Below, piece by piece: positions 63,576-64,000 of a DNA stretch of 64,000 nt; the first letter of the stretch is position 1, and every line of letters starts with the position of its first letter. Origin of the DNA: Mya arenaria (Eukaryota); contig NC_069127.1 of the NCBI RefSeq assembly GCF_026914265.1, positions 1,745,682 through 1,809,681 of the forward strand, in the 5' to 3' direction. The notes under the pieces were generated by a model. That model made no database searches, was not told the DNA's origin, and was given only the letters and a program-made list of their open reading frames with translations. Made by a program: the position numbers and the translations under genes.

Positions 63576-64000
63576 ATTAATCATAATGATGTATTCAGAC
63601 CTCGTCACGTGTTTACTTGTGGTTCAAATTGTTTTATTTGATATTTTGTTAACTGAGAGTAAGATCAAATTTGGTCAATAGATGTTGCAGCATGTTTAAA
63701 TTTTATAATGTGAATTACCGTAAACAAACGCATACCGATTTTTCAGTTACAAAACAAGATGCGGAAAAAATCTGGGCTGAGCCTTCACCGGAGAAAGAAC
63801 AGACAGTCTGATCTTGTCCATGTTGATGTACCTCTAAACATGGTCAGCAATACACAAAAGAATTAAATGCTTCAAAAACGTTAGTTACATCCAAAATGAG
63901 ACTCCTAAACATTCAATGTTGACTATCGATATGATGATATGGAATTTCTAATGCTACTGGGTAGTTCATTTAAACCCGGCGAACGACATGTGTAGTCATT

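Overview
This window is eukaryotic nuclear DNA: AT-rich, full of tandem satellites and microsatellites, with GT...AG introns. Its repeat content looks like a bivalve-mollusc genome (from memory, not database-checked). I see nothing prokaryotic: no operons, and no CRISPR, since every tandem array lacks unique spacers.

About half the window is tandem repeat, from at least ten unrelated satellite families with unit sizes of roughly 19 to 170 bp. There is a 3 kb segmental tandem duplication bounded by 38-bp satellite arrays. Each copy carries an actin-like first coding exon. There are three composite pearl-like elements, two copies of a large foldback element, and several small hairpin MITE-like elements. 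There are also two degraded LINE reverse-transcriptase copies and a tRNA-derived SINE.

Two protein-coding regions stand out. The first is a divergent Hsp70-family gene whose exons cover the substrate-binding and C-terminal region, with all splice phases consistent and a satellite array in one intron. The second is a set of phase-compatible exons upstream whose products resemble the histone H3 N-terminal tail, the ribosomal stalk P-protein C-terminus, and a long FH1-like polyproline segment.

All gene calls rest on ORF content, splice-site consensus, phase bookkeeping and motifs I recognise. Nothing here has been searched against a database.
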